Source of the DNA: Candidatus Brockarchaeota archaeon | Lineage (GTDB): Archaea; Thermoproteota; EX4484-205; JAAOZP01 | Assembly: GCA_017601225.1 (NCBI GenBank) | Contig: JAFNIX010000004.1 | Coordinates: 68,507-132,506, forward strand | Direction: 5' to 3' | DNA length: 64,000 bases | Part shown: positions 1 through 8,897 of the stretch, piece by piece | Numbering within the stretch: the first letter of the stretch is position 1 | Layout: each line of letters begins with the position of its first letter | Program-made: the position numbers and the translations under genes | The notes under the pieces: model-generated | What the model was told of the DNA's origin: nothing | Database searches by the model: none | Seen by the model: only the letters and a program-made list of their open reading frames with translations

Positions 1-69
1 CTCTCTTTTATAAGACTTTTGCTGTTTAAGATTGTTTCAGCTTGAGAAGAGAAAAGATTAAAGGAAGGC

Positions 70-372
70 TTGAACGAGATACTGTCCGTGAAAAACGTCA
101 AGATACTATTAGACGAGATGTACTCCGGTTTAAAGCCGTTTCTTAAAATACTTGGGTGGGAGGCTCAGACGGTTGACGATGTAGGTTTAAAGGGGGCGGA
201 TGACGAGGCAATAGTTGAACACGCTGCTAGAAACAGCCTCTTAATCATAACGCAGGACCAGATGACAGCCGACTTGGCTAGGCTTAAAGGAGTACCTTGC
301 ATACTGATTGGGCTGGTCGAGATAGCTAGGATAGTCGATAAAGCACTTAGAGACATGAGCCCAGACCCTTAG
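70..372 (+). CDS. PIN-like / Mut7-C-type small domain protein (DUF5615/DUF82-like, possible toxin nuclease)
   Basis: 100-aa ORF with a TTG start. The pattern VKILLDE..GW..Q.V.D.GL.GA.D..I...A.....IIT.D resembles small PIN-like proteins that usually pair with an upstream antitoxin. Any partner would lie off the window edge. Confidence 0.4.
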   Translation: MNEILSVKNVKILLDEMYSGLKPFLKILGWEAQTVDDVGLKGADDEAIVEHAARNSLLIITQDQMTADLARLKGVPCILIGLVEIARIVDKALRDMSPDP

Positions 373-389
373 AGCTTTCCCTGAAATTA

Positions 390-1955
390 TTACCTCCAAC
401 CTGAAACATTTAAAATATGTTTCAGAACCCGGGGGCCGTGCAGCCACCTGTAGTAAGCCAGATAGGCCAGTAATCCTCCTATTCTAATCAATTTTTGAAA
501 ACCCTTACCCCTCCATGTTTTAACATTGTGCCTCCAGCACGTTGAGAAAACGTCCCAGTGGAGCTCTGATAAGCCATGCAGATCGGCATGTTTCTCACTG
601 TTTAGGACACAATCCTCCTCAGACGTAAAGAGCAGGGGTACGAAGAAGACCTTATTGTTCTTCAACCTGTCGAGAAGCTCAAGGGTTGCCACAACATCCT
701 GCTCGTTTTCAGTCGGGAGGCCCACTACGAGTGTTGCTAAAGGATATATCTGATTGTCGTTAAGTATTCCAAGGGCTTGAACCACAATATCTGGCCATTG
801 TTCAGGCGTATATGGCAGCGCCTTCCCCTTCATGTATTTTTCTATCAATCTGACGCTCCCCGTTTCAATACCTATTTCGAAGGTTGCATACTTCTGACCG
901 TTCAAGTAAGTCCATCTGGACTTCTCAACTAGCGTGGCCGCTATTTTTTCAACAAGCCCACGATCATAGACTACGGGTGGAAGAGCCGCGTGCGCCACCT
1001 GAATATACTGGACTCCTTTAACTTTAGCCACTGAGTCAACCAGTTCAAAAACCGCTTCCCCGTTCGGCGTGAAACCAGAATCAGTCTCATAGAGAAAGAT
1101 GTCATCCGTCTGAAGAGTTATCATCTTGGTTCCGCTTCTCGCATTCACGTCAACCTCTTTCAACACGTGTTCCAGTGGAAATGAGTATTTCTGCCTAAGC
1201 GTCGGAGAGCAGAATTGACAACCTCTTCCACATCCCCGCGTGACTTCAACAACACCAAACAGGGATGCTTTCTTAATGCATGGAACTTTTTCAAGCCCAG
1301 GCTTTCTACATACCAGCTGCCTCGGAAGCTCTTCACCGTTCAAGGCTTTTCTGAAGAGTTTTACAGCATCCTCCTCAGCCTCGCCCATCACCACGCTGTC
1401 TATTCCAAGCTCCCTCTGAATCCCTGCCTTGACAACTTGCCAAGCACCGCTTCCACCCAATATTACTCTGGGCCTATACTTCTTGAAAACAGGGTTAGAA
1501 AGAAGGTTTTCAAACTCCACTCTTGTGACAGGCTTACCAGTTAAACCGGTGAGGCTCGTATAGGTTCTGCTTACAAACCCTATCCCCAACGGATCCATTG
1601 AAGAAATACCTATAACCCTTGTTTCCTCTCCAACGAACATTTCAAGCATGGTTGGGTAAACCGTTGCAACATTCTCCTCGCCAAATTCATCTATAAGGAG
1701 GGACTCTATTTTTCTCAAGCCGTAGGGCGCTTGCTTAACAGTTCCATCATCGTTAAACGGTGGTGGAGGATAAAGCCTTTTCCTAAGAAGCTTCTTAGAA
1801 AAAGGCAGTGGGAACCCTGCTGAAAAGGCTAGGAATGGGTTTAGGTTAAAATCACTCATTTCCACTACAGACGCGGTTAACACTATTTTCTTTCCACCAT
1901 CCCGCCTTTTCGAAGATGTTTCTCTTAGCAATTTTCCTTTTCCGTTGGCTTCCAT
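390..1955 (-). CDS. B12-binding-domain-type radical SAM protein
   Basis: 521 aa. The CGRGCQFC (CxxxCxxC) motif sits mid-protein after a Rossmann-like segment (RVILGGSGAWQV). Size and motif position do not fit MoaA. Confidence 0.7.
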   Translation of the reverse strand: MEANGKGKLLRETSSKRRDGGKKIVLTASVVEMSDFNLNPFLAFSAGFPLPFSKKLLRKRLYPPPPFNDDGTVKQAPYGLRKIESLLIDEFGEENVATVYPTMLEMFVGEETRVIGISSMDPLGIGFVSRTYTSLTGLTGKPVTRVEFENLLSNPVFKKYRPRVILGGSGAWQVVKAGIQRELGIDSVVMGEAEEDAVKLFRKALNGEELPRQLVCRKPGLEKVPCIKKASLFGVVEVTRGCGRGCQFCSPTLRQKYSFPLEHVLKEVDVNARSGTKMITLQTDDIFLYETDSGFTPNGEAVFELVDSVAKVKGVQYIQVAHAALPPVVYDRGLVEKIAATLVEKSRWTYLNGQKYATFEIGIETGSVRLIEKYMKGKALPYTPEQWPDIVVQALGILNDNQIYPLATLVVGLPTENEQDVVATLELLDRLKNNKVFFVPLLFTSEEDCVLNSEKHADLHGLSELHWDVFSTCWRHNVKTWRGKGFQKLIRIGGLLAYLAYYRWLHGPRVLKHILNVSGWR

Positions 1956-2066
1956 GCCTCACGGTTAACGGTATATATGCTTTTTTCTCAGCGCTTAACG
2001 TTAAGAAGGACTCGATAAGAGACTTGCAAACCTATTTATTTGAAGCCTTAAATAAAAAGCGTAAAG

Positions 2067-2076
2067 TTTTATATTT
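2067..2076 (+). promoter_or_regulatory. TATA-like box upstream of the GH2 gene
   Basis: TTTTATATTT lies about 27 nt upstream of ATG 2098, the spacing expected for an archaeal leaderless transcript. ATG 2083 is too close to it. Confidence 0.35.
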
Positions 2077-2097
2077 GCGGTAATGTTTAGTACATGC

Positions 2098-4557
2098 ATG
2101 GAAACCATAAGTCTTAACGGGGAATGGTTTTTCAAAGAATGCGGAAAGGAGGAGAAGACACCGCCGAGCTCAGGCCCATGGTTAAAGGCAACGGTGCCGG
2201 GTGTTGTCCATCTTGACCTTTTGAGGAACAGAAAGATTCCTGACCCGTTCTTCAGAATGAACGAGCTTGAGGTGGCTTGGGTGGAGGATAGGGACTGGTG
2301 GTATATGAAAGAGTTTCATTTAGACAAAGAGTTTCTCAACCATGACCGCGTGGAGCTCAAGTTTCACGGCCTAGATACTTTTGCGACGATCTGGGTTAAT
2401 GGTACAGAGATCGGCAGGACGGCGAACATGTTCCATGAGCATGAGTTCAATGTTAAAGGCTTTTTAAAAGAAGGTAAAAACATATTGATGGTTAGGTTTG
2501 ATTCGCCTAAAAGGGTTCTTGAGGAAATGTATAGCAAGGGCAGCGTTAAGCTTGGGGGAGCATTTTACCCCCCGCTTGTCTACGGTAGGAAAGCGCAATA
2601 CTCCTTCGGCTGGGATTGGGGACCTAGGCTTGGAACCTCTGGGATTTGGAGGAGCGTGGAGCTTAAAGCCTACGATGTGTGTAAGATTGAAAGCTTCTAT
2701 TTTTCCAGCGAACTTAGCAGTGACCTTAAAAGCTCGAAGATAAGCGTAAGCGTCTCCATAGAGGCCTTCAAGATGGGGCGTGTGAAGCTGAGGACTCGGG
2801 TGAGCGGTTTCGGCGAACACCAGGTTAAAGAAGAATATGAGGATGTTTCACCAGGATTAAACGTTTTCAAAACAGAGTTTAATATTGAGAACCCTAAGCT
2901 ATGGTGGCCAAACGGTTATGGAGAGCAGAACCTTTACGATTTGGAGATAGTTGTCGAGGGTTCAAACGGTATTTTAGACATGGTTAAAAAGAAGGTTGGA
3001 ATAAGGAAGATTGAGGTAGTGCAGGAGAGGGATGAGGAAGGAAAAACCTTCTTCTTCAGAGTTAACAATGTTCCTGTTTTCTGCAAAGGGGTCAACTGGG
3101 TTCCCGCAGACTCCTTCCTACCCAGGGTCAGCAGACAGGTTTACGATTATCTTCTAAGCAGAGCGAAGGAGGCGCATATGAACATGGTAAGGGTCTGGGG
3201 CGGCGGGGTTTATGAGGATGAGGCTTTCTACGAGCTTTGCGACGAGAAGGGGATACTTGTCTGGCAGGACTTCATGTTCGCATGCGCCGAGTATCCTGAG
3301 GAAGAATGGTTCTTTGAACTAGTTAGAAAGGAAGCGGAGAAAGTGGTGAAGAGGCTCAGGAATCATGCTTGCCTAGCAATATGGTGCGGTAACAACGAGA
3401 ATCACTGGGGGTTCAAGGCGCATTGGTTCGGCATGAAGGACAGGTTCTATGGTGAGACGATCTATCATAAGATACTTCCTGAGGTTTGCTCTGAACTCGA
3501 CCCTCTAACCTTCTACTGGCCGAGTAGCCCCTATGGGGGTGATGATCCTAATTCTCAAAGCGAGGGTGATCGGCATAACTGGGAGGTCTGGTCTATGCTA
3601 AGGGATTACACGGAGTATCTGAATGATAAAGGCAGGTTCATAAGCGAATTCGGCTTTCAGTCGGCGCCCTCAATGGAAACTATTAGAAGGTTTACTATTC
3701 CCGAGGACAGGGATCCGCAGAGCAGGGTCATTGAATTCCATAATAAGCAGACTTTTGGACCTGAGAGACTCTGGTTTTTCATCCTGCTGCATTTCAAGCT
3801 GCCTGTAAACCTTAGCAGGTTTGTCTACCTGACTCAAATAAACCAGGGGGAAGCTATGAAGACCGGTATAGAGCATTGGAGGAGGCGGAAGTTTAAGACG
3901 GGGGGAGCTTTGATATGGCAGCTCAACGACTGTTGGCCGGTGCTCAGCTGGAGCCTTATCGACTACTACGGTGGCCTCAAGGCTTCATACTATTATGTTA
4001 AGAGAGCGTTCGACCCGGTTAACGTTAGTCTGCTTGTCAAGCAGGATAGGGCGGAGGCCTGGGTTTGCAACGATCTTCTTAAGCCGGTGAAGGGCAGGCT
4101 TAGGATCATGTCTTTCGATTTGAAAGGGAAAAGGAAGGGGTTAAGAGAGAAGGATGTTTTTATAGAGGCGAATTCTTCAAAGCCCTGTATGGCGCTAAGC
4201 CTAAGCGAGCTGAACGTGAAAGACAGGTTCAGCAATTTTCTAGTATGCGTTTTTGAACCTGAAGATGCTGAGCCAAAGTATGACGTGTTTTTCCTTGAAA
4301 AAGTAAAGCATATTACGCTTCCTAAGCCTAGAATTAGAATGAAGCTTAGCAGAAAGGACGGTGCAACCTATGAGCTCAGCCTGGTTTCGAACAAAGTTGC
4401 AAAAGCATGTGGAGTAAGTATTAGAGGGGTGAAAGCAGAGTTTAGCGATAATTTCTTCGACCTTCCCCCAGGTGTTGAGAAAAAGATTCTTTTAAAGCTG
4501 GATAAACCGCTTTCAAAACAGGATCTCAGGAAGAGAATAACACTATCGTACTACTAG
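2098..4557 (+). CDS. GH2 family glycosidase, beta-mannosidase-like (exo-beta-D-glucosaminidase not excluded)
   Basis: The ORF opens at 2083, but ATG 2098 (METISLNGEWFFK) is favoured by the TATA spacing. GH2-type segments present: WQDFMFACAEYP, CGNNENHWGF, SEFGFQS. About 820 aa, typical of beta-mannosidases. Confidence 0.75.
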   Translation: METISLNGEWFFKECGKEEKTPPSSGPWLKATVPGVVHLDLLRNRKIPDPFFRMNELEVAWVEDRDWWYMKEFHLDKEFLNHDRVELKFHGLDTFATIWVNGTEIGRTANMFHEHEFNVKGFLKEGKNILMVRFDSPKRVLEEMYSKGSVKLGGAFYPPLVYGRKAQYSFGWDWGPRLGTSGIWRSVELKAYDVCKIESFYFSSELSSDLKSSKISVSVSIEAFKMGRVKLRTRVSGFGEHQVKEEYEDVSPGLNVFKTEFNIENPKLWWPNGYGEQNLYDLEIVVEGSNGILDMVKKKVGIRKIEVVQERDEEGKTFFFRVNNVPVFCKGVNWVPADSFLPRVSRQVYDYLLSRAKEAHMNMVRVWGGGVYEDEAFYELCDEKGILVWQDFMFACAEYPEEEWFFELVRKEAEKVVKRLRNHACLAIWCGNNENHWGFKAHWFGMKDRFYGETIYHKILPEVCSELDPLTFYWPSSPYGGDDPNSQSEGDRHNWEVWSMLRDYTEYLNDKGRFISEFGFQSAPSMETIRRFTIPEDRDPQSRVIEFHNKQTFGPERLWFFILLHFKLPVNLSRFVYLTQINQGEAMKTGIEHWRRRKFKTGGALIWQLNDCWPVLSWSLIDYYGGLKASYYYVKRAFDPVNVSLLVKQDRAEAWVCNDLLKPVKGRLRIMSFDLKGKRKGLREKDVFIEANSSKPCMALSLSELNVKDRFSNFLVCVFEPEDAEPKYDVFFLEKVKHITLPKPRIRMKLSRKDGATYELSLVSNKVAKACGVSIRGVKAEFSDNFFDLPPGVEKKILLKLDKPLSKQDLRKRITLSYY

Positions 4558-4634
4558 TGTAAGCTTAAAAGTTTCAACTAGAAACCTTTTATAACCGGCT
4601 AAATAAATCATATTCGATCGCCGGAGGAAAAATT

Positions 4635-4871
4635 ATGAAGGTTGAAGTAAAATATTATGCTTGGATTAGGGAGGAGATTGGCGAGAAGGAGACGCTGGAG
4701 TTTAACGAGGGAGCAACCGTTAGGGAAATTGTTAAAAAACTCGTGGAGAAGCATACCCATCTAGCGGGGGAGAATTTCCTTATCGCGGTAAACGGGAGGA
4801 CAGTAGACATGGACACCTGTTTAAACGAGGGGGACGTGGTATCAGTGTTCCCTCCAGCAGGAGGCGGTTAG
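4635..4871 (+). CDS. moaD: MoaD/ThiS-family sulfur carrier (molybdopterin synthase small subunit)
   Basis: 78 aa ending in GGG. GGAGG lies 8-9 nt upstream of the ATG. It immediately precedes moaE. Confidence 0.8.
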   Translation: MKVEVKYYAWIREEIGEKETLEFNEGATVREIVKKLVEKHTHLAGENFLIAVNGRTVDMDTCLNEGDVVSVFPPAGGG

Positions 4872-4872
4872 A

Positions 4873-5289
4873 ATGATCCGCGTTACTGAGGATGATTTCT
4901 CGATAGAGGAGGCTGCTTCAATCCTTAGGAGAGTGGAAGTAGGAGCGATAGTGTTTTTCTTAGGTGTTGTCAAAGGATTTAGAGAGGGGGAGGCTGTTAA
5001 CGAAATGATCGTTGAAGCATACAAGGAGGCTGCAGAAGCGGAGCTTGAAAAAATAAGGAGGGAAGCCTTAGAAAGATTCGGAATAATCGACGCGCTCATA
5101 ATCCACAGGGTTGGAAGACTCAAGCCGGCTGAAAACATAGTTCTAGTAGCCGCTTCAGCCGGAAGCCGAGCGGAGGCTTTCAAAGCCTGCAGCTGGATGA
5201 TAGACGAGGTTAAGAAGCGTGCACCCATATGGAAGAAGGAGATTACAGCCAAGGGTGGAAGATGGGTTAAGGAGACGGTTAAACCTTGA
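4873..5289 (+). CDS. moaE: Molybdopterin synthase catalytic subunit MoaE
   Basis: 138 aa with the APIWKKE motif and MoaE-like length. Starts 1 nt after the moaD stop. Confidence 0.8.
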   Translation: MIRVTEDDFSIEEAASILRRVEVGAIVFFLGVVKGFREGEAVNEMIVEAYKEAAEAELEKIRREALERFGIIDALIIHRVGRLKPAENIVLVAASAGSRAEAFKACSWMIDEVKKRAPIWKKEITAKGGRWVKETVKP

Positions 5290-5747
5290 ACGGGAAAGAT
5301 AAGGGGCTGGAGATGGTTGACATAAGTGGGAAGAAGGTTTCCCGGAGGAGGGCTGTGGCGAAAGGTTGGATAAGACTTAGGCGTGAAACCGTGGATGCGA
5401 TAAAAACAGGTAAAGTTGCGAAGGGCGATGTCCTAACAGTTGCAAGGGTTTCAGCGATTCTCGGGGTTAAGAAGACCCCTGAGCTCATACCTGGCTGCCA
5501 TCCTATTCCGCTAACCCATATAGCTGTCGAGTTTCAAATAGGAGATGATGGGGTCTCGGTGGCCTGTAGTGTTGTTTCAGAGTCTAAGACGGGTGTGGAG
5601 ATGGAGGCTTTAACCGGGGTGGCTGCAGCATTGTTGACCATCTGGGACATGGTTAAGGAGATTGAAAAGGATGAGAAGGGCCAGTACCCGTTCACAGCGA
5701 TAGAGAGCATAGTTGTTGAGGAGAAGGTTAAGGATTGGACTATTTAG
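5286..5747 (+). CDS. moaC: Cyclic pyranopterin monophosphate synthase MoaC
   Basis: Typical MoaC segments: MVDISGKKVSRRRAVAKG, GVKKTPELIPGCHPIPL, TGVEMEALTGV. The TTG start overlaps the moaE stop; ATG 5313 is an alternative start. Confidence 0.85.
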   Translation: MNGKDKGLEMVDISGKKVSRRRAVAKGWIRLRRETVDAIKTGKVAKGDVLTVARVSAILGVKKTPELIPGCHPIPLTHIAVEFQIGDDGVSVACSVVSESKTGVEMEALTGVAAALLTIWDMVKEIEKDEKGQYPFTAIESIVVEEKVKDWTI

Positions 5748-6238
5748 AACATAGAAAGGCTTCTCCCAGAAGCCTCCTGTTCGCGTTAGTTACGGTGAGT
5801 GACTCTAGGACTTTTGAAACAGACGAATCCGGTGGGATTGCAGAGGATATTTTGAGAAAGGAGGGTCACGTGGTTTGTAGGAGGCTGATAGTCCGGAACG
5901 ACGAGGGCGAGATAGGGAGGATCATTGGAGAGCTGCTTAACAATGGAGAAATCGACGTCATACTGACTATTGGAGGAACCGGGTTGAGCAAGAGGGACGT
6001 TACGGTTGAGACAGTTTCTAAAACGGTTGAGAAGAGGGTTGAGGGGTTCGGGGAGCTTTTCAGGCTCCTTAGCTATAATGATATAGGTACGGCGGCGATG
6101 CTTACAAGAGCTTTCGCAGGCGTTGCAAGGGGGAAGATACTGATATGTCTACCGGGGTCGAAGAACGCGGTGGAACTAGCTATTAGGAAGCTGATAATTC
6201 CTGAAATCGGCCACATGGTTAGAGAAGCAAGAAGGTGA
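5735..6238 (+). CDS. moaB: MoaB/Mog-type molybdopterin adenylyltransferase-like protein
   Basis: VTVSDSR and TIGGTGLSKRD motifs. 167 aa. Overlaps the moaC end. Confidence 0.8.
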   Translation: MDYLEHRKASPRSLLFALVTVSDSRTFETDESGGIAEDILRKEGHVVCRRLIVRNDEGEIGRIIGELLNNGEIDVILTIGGTGLSKRDVTVETVSKTVEKRVEGFGELFRLLSYNDIGTAAMLTRAFAGVARGKILICLPGSKNAVELAIRKLIIPEIGHMVREARR

Positions 6239-6613
6239 AGACGCTTACTACGCCGGAATACTTAAGCGATATTGAGAGGACGCGTATACGACGTGTCTTA
6301 AGGGGAGCAACACTTCTCAGGAAAAGGAACTCCAGTTATATTGCAATTTAGGAACAGTTTCTCACCCTATTAGCGTGCTACACTCTCGACTTTATTGAAA
6401 CGAATCAAGCAATACGCCGAGTCAATAACTTTATATGTCTTAGAAAACCAAATATTTAGCCATCTTAGGCTAAACGCTTTGCAAGTAGAACTGTTTCTAG
6501 ACGATTGGTAGCAAGATTGGTAACTCGAAAGGATTATTCAACCCTCTTAGGATGAATAGTAAGCACGAGTTTTCTCCATGCACTACGAGAAACTGCTTTT
6601 TGTATTTTAAAAA

Positions 6614-6623
6614 TTTATATTTT
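6614..6623 (+). promoter_or_regulatory. TATA-like box upstream of the YdjC-family gene
   Basis: TTTATATTTT is centred about 26 nt upstream of ATG 6644. Confidence 0.35.
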
Positions 6624-6643
6624 AGCATTTCTAACCCAAAAGT

Positions 6644-7519
6644 ATGCCGTTGACTGGCGGCTTCGACAGAAATGACAAGTTGCTGATTATCCATGCAGAT
6701 GATGTTGGCATGTGTCACACGGAGAATAAGGCAACCTTCCTAGGATTTCAAAATGGCGTAGTTTCAAGCTGCAGCCTTATGATGCCGTGCCCATGGATTC
6801 TTGAGGCAGTAGAGTTTTTCAAGGAGAATCCGGATTACGATCACGGGATACATTCGACGCTGACTAGCGAGTGGAGGCTCTACAGATGGGGCCCGGTTAG
6901 TTCCAAAAGCGAGGTGCCGACGCTCTTGGATGAGCAGGGATACCTGCATAAGGAGGCTAAGGATGCGGCGAAAGCCTCTTGGCAAGAGGTCGATGTCGAG
7001 CTGAGGTCGCAGGTCAAAAAGGCGTTCGACCTTAGCCTACGGCCCTCCCACCTCGATACTCACATGGGTATAGTCTTCTTCAGGCCGGATCTATTAGAGA
7101 CCTATGTGAAGGTTGCTCTTGACAACGGTCTTATCCCGATGTTGATTAAGCCTAGTGACAGTGCCTTTGAGATCGCTAAGCAGATGGGCATAGTAATCTC
7201 CGAGGATCTTGTGAGCAGGATTCTGAAATCCGAAACGCCTATGCTGGATAATTTCATCGGCATTACATTTGGCTCTGACCTGCAGGAAAGAATAAAGTGG
7301 TTTAGAAATGTTTTGAAGAATATAAAGCCGGGAACCCTGACTCTAATGATAGTTCATCTTGGCCTCCCAGATGAGGAGATGAAGGCGATAATACCTGGTC
7401 AGGGTGTGACGAGCCATGTGGACAGGTATCTGGATTACCAGCTGGTGACCTCTAATGAGGCTCGGCAAATAATAGATGAACTGGGCTTTACCCTAGTCGG
7501 CTGGAAGGATCTTAAGTAG
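6644..7519 (+). CDS. YdjC/ChbG-family carbohydrate (chitooligosaccharide-type) deacetylase
   Basis: N-terminal LIIHADDVGMCH motif and a later SHLDTHMG segment, both typical of the YdjC family. 291 aa. Confidence 0.75.
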   Translation: MPLTGGFDRNDKLLIIHADDVGMCHTENKATFLGFQNGVVSSCSLMMPCPWILEAVEFFKENPDYDHGIHSTLTSEWRLYRWGPVSSKSEVPTLLDEQGYLHKEAKDAAKASWQEVDVELRSQVKKAFDLSLRPSHLDTHMGIVFFRPDLLETYVKVALDNGLIPMLIKPSDSAFEIAKQMGIVISEDLVSRILKSETPMLDNFIGITFGSDLQERIKWFRNVLKNIKPGTLTLMIVHLGLPDEEMKAIIPGQGVTSHVDRYLDYQLVTSNEARQIIDELGFTLVGWKDLK

Positions 7520-7530
7520 GGGGATGCAGA

Positions 7531-8832
7531 ATGGCCGGGACCAAAACCTACAGAGTGTCAAGAGGAGCTTGGTACGCTGTATTCGTATTCTTTCTGTTCA
7601 TGGTATTACATAATTCTGACAAGTTCCTAATCTCACCGCTCTTGGCCTCAATAAGAGACGAGTTTAACCTGACTTTTACTCAGCTCGGTGCTATTCAAAC
7701 AGGTGCTTCAATAGTCGCCGTCATATTCATGCCTGTCTGGGGATATCTTTTCGACAAGTATGCTAGGCCTCTTTTAGCAGCCCTTGCAAGCGCGATCTGG
7801 GGCTGTACAACGGTTCTCTCAACATTTTCAAGAAATTTTGTTGAGCTGGCTTTTACAAGGGCGCTGACTGGAATCGATAATGAGGCAACGAGCGGAATAG
7901 TCTCTTTTATCGGCGACAATTTCCCTCCTGAGAAAAGATCCACGGCAATAGGCGTGTTGAACACTTCAGGCGCCCTTGGAGCCTTAATAGGCACCCTTAT
8001 AGGAACCCTCATGGGGACTGCTTTCGGATGGCGCAGCGCCTTCATAGTGACTGGAGTACCCGGCTTGCTTTTAGCAATTCTAATCCTAACCACATTGAAG
8101 GATAAGCCTAGAGGATCAACCGAGCCCGAGTTAATGGCCGTGAAGGATAGGTTGAAAGACACGTTTAGAAAAGATTCCTTGATAAGAGTGCTCAGGAGAA
8201 AATCAATGGTTTTCCTTTTTGTCCAAGGCTTCTTTGGAGTCTTCCCATGGCAGATAATCACATACTGGTTTTTCCTGTACATGACTGAAATCAGAGGTCT
8301 TGATAGCGAGACCCAGCTGCTCGTCATGCTTGTTGCACTCTTGACGATGGTTGTAGGCAACGTGGTTTCAGGCGTTATCAGTGACTGGGCCTTCAGGAAG
8401 ACTTTGAAAGGAAGGGCTGTTTTCGCAGGGATCTCCGTCGCCATAGGACTAGTCTTCTTCGACCTAACAATTTTAACTAGAGAAGGGGTAGAACTATTCC
8501 TCCTTCTTGCAGCCTTAACTGCCTTCTTCATCCCTATGGCCGGCCCTGCGGTTTCAGCATCGATTCAAGATATTGCCCTTCCCGAGGTCAGAAGCACAAC
8601 GCTTTCGGTACAAGTTTTCGTTGAAAACTCTGGCTCAGCTTTCGCACCACTGATCACCGGCTACTTGGCGGACATAATAGGTTTAGAGTTGGGCATGGTG
8701 ATCATAATAACCATAACTTGGGCTATTTGTGCCGTTGTTCTTACAGCCGCCTCACTAACCCTTCCGAAAGATATAGAGTGGAAGCGCGGGGAACTAGCTG
8801 AAAGAGCAAAGAAACTGGCTTCACAAGGATGA
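7531..8832 (+). CDS. MFS transporter
   Basis: 433 aa with about 12 predicted hydrophobic helices and a central charged loop (KDKPRGSTEPE...RRKS). The antisense ORF 7695..8531 is judged spurious. Confidence 0.8.
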   Translation: MAGTKTYRVSRGAWYAVFVFFLFMVLHNSDKFLISPLLASIRDEFNLTFTQLGAIQTGASIVAVIFMPVWGYLFDKYARPLLAALASAIWGCTTVLSTFSRNFVELAFTRALTGIDNEATSGIVSFIGDNFPPEKRSTAIGVLNTSGALGALIGTLIGTLMGTAFGWRSAFIVTGVPGLLLAILILTTLKDKPRGSTEPELMAVKDRLKDTFRKDSLIRVLRRKSMVFLFVQGFFGVFPWQIITYWFFLYMTEIRGLDSETQLLVMLVALLTMVVGNVVSGVISDWAFRKTLKGRAVFAGISVAIGLVFFDLTILTREGVELFLLLAALTAFFIPMAGPAVSASIQDIALPEVRSTTLSVQVFVENSGSAFAPLITGYLADIIGLELGMVIIITITWAICAVVLTAASLTLPKDIEWKRGELAERAKKLASQG

Positions 8833-8897
8833 TTTAAGCGGTTAATTAACCGATTTCAAAAAACCTAAATATTTGAACCCTCGTATATCTAACTGAC

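Noticed and set aside
390-1955. Interpreting the radical SAM gene as moaA because a MoCo operon is nearby
   Set aside because: At 521 aa with a mid-protein CxxxCxxC after a B12-binding-like domain, it does not fit the ~300-340 aa MoaA with its N-terminal cluster. It is also on the opposite strand, separated by a GH2 gene.
7695-8531. 278-aa antisense ORF within the MFS transporter gene
   Set aside because: Its composition is low-complexity and Lys/Ser/Thr/Pro-rich, with no motif. It lies fully inside a strongly supported 12-TM transporter frame. This is a typical shadow ORF.
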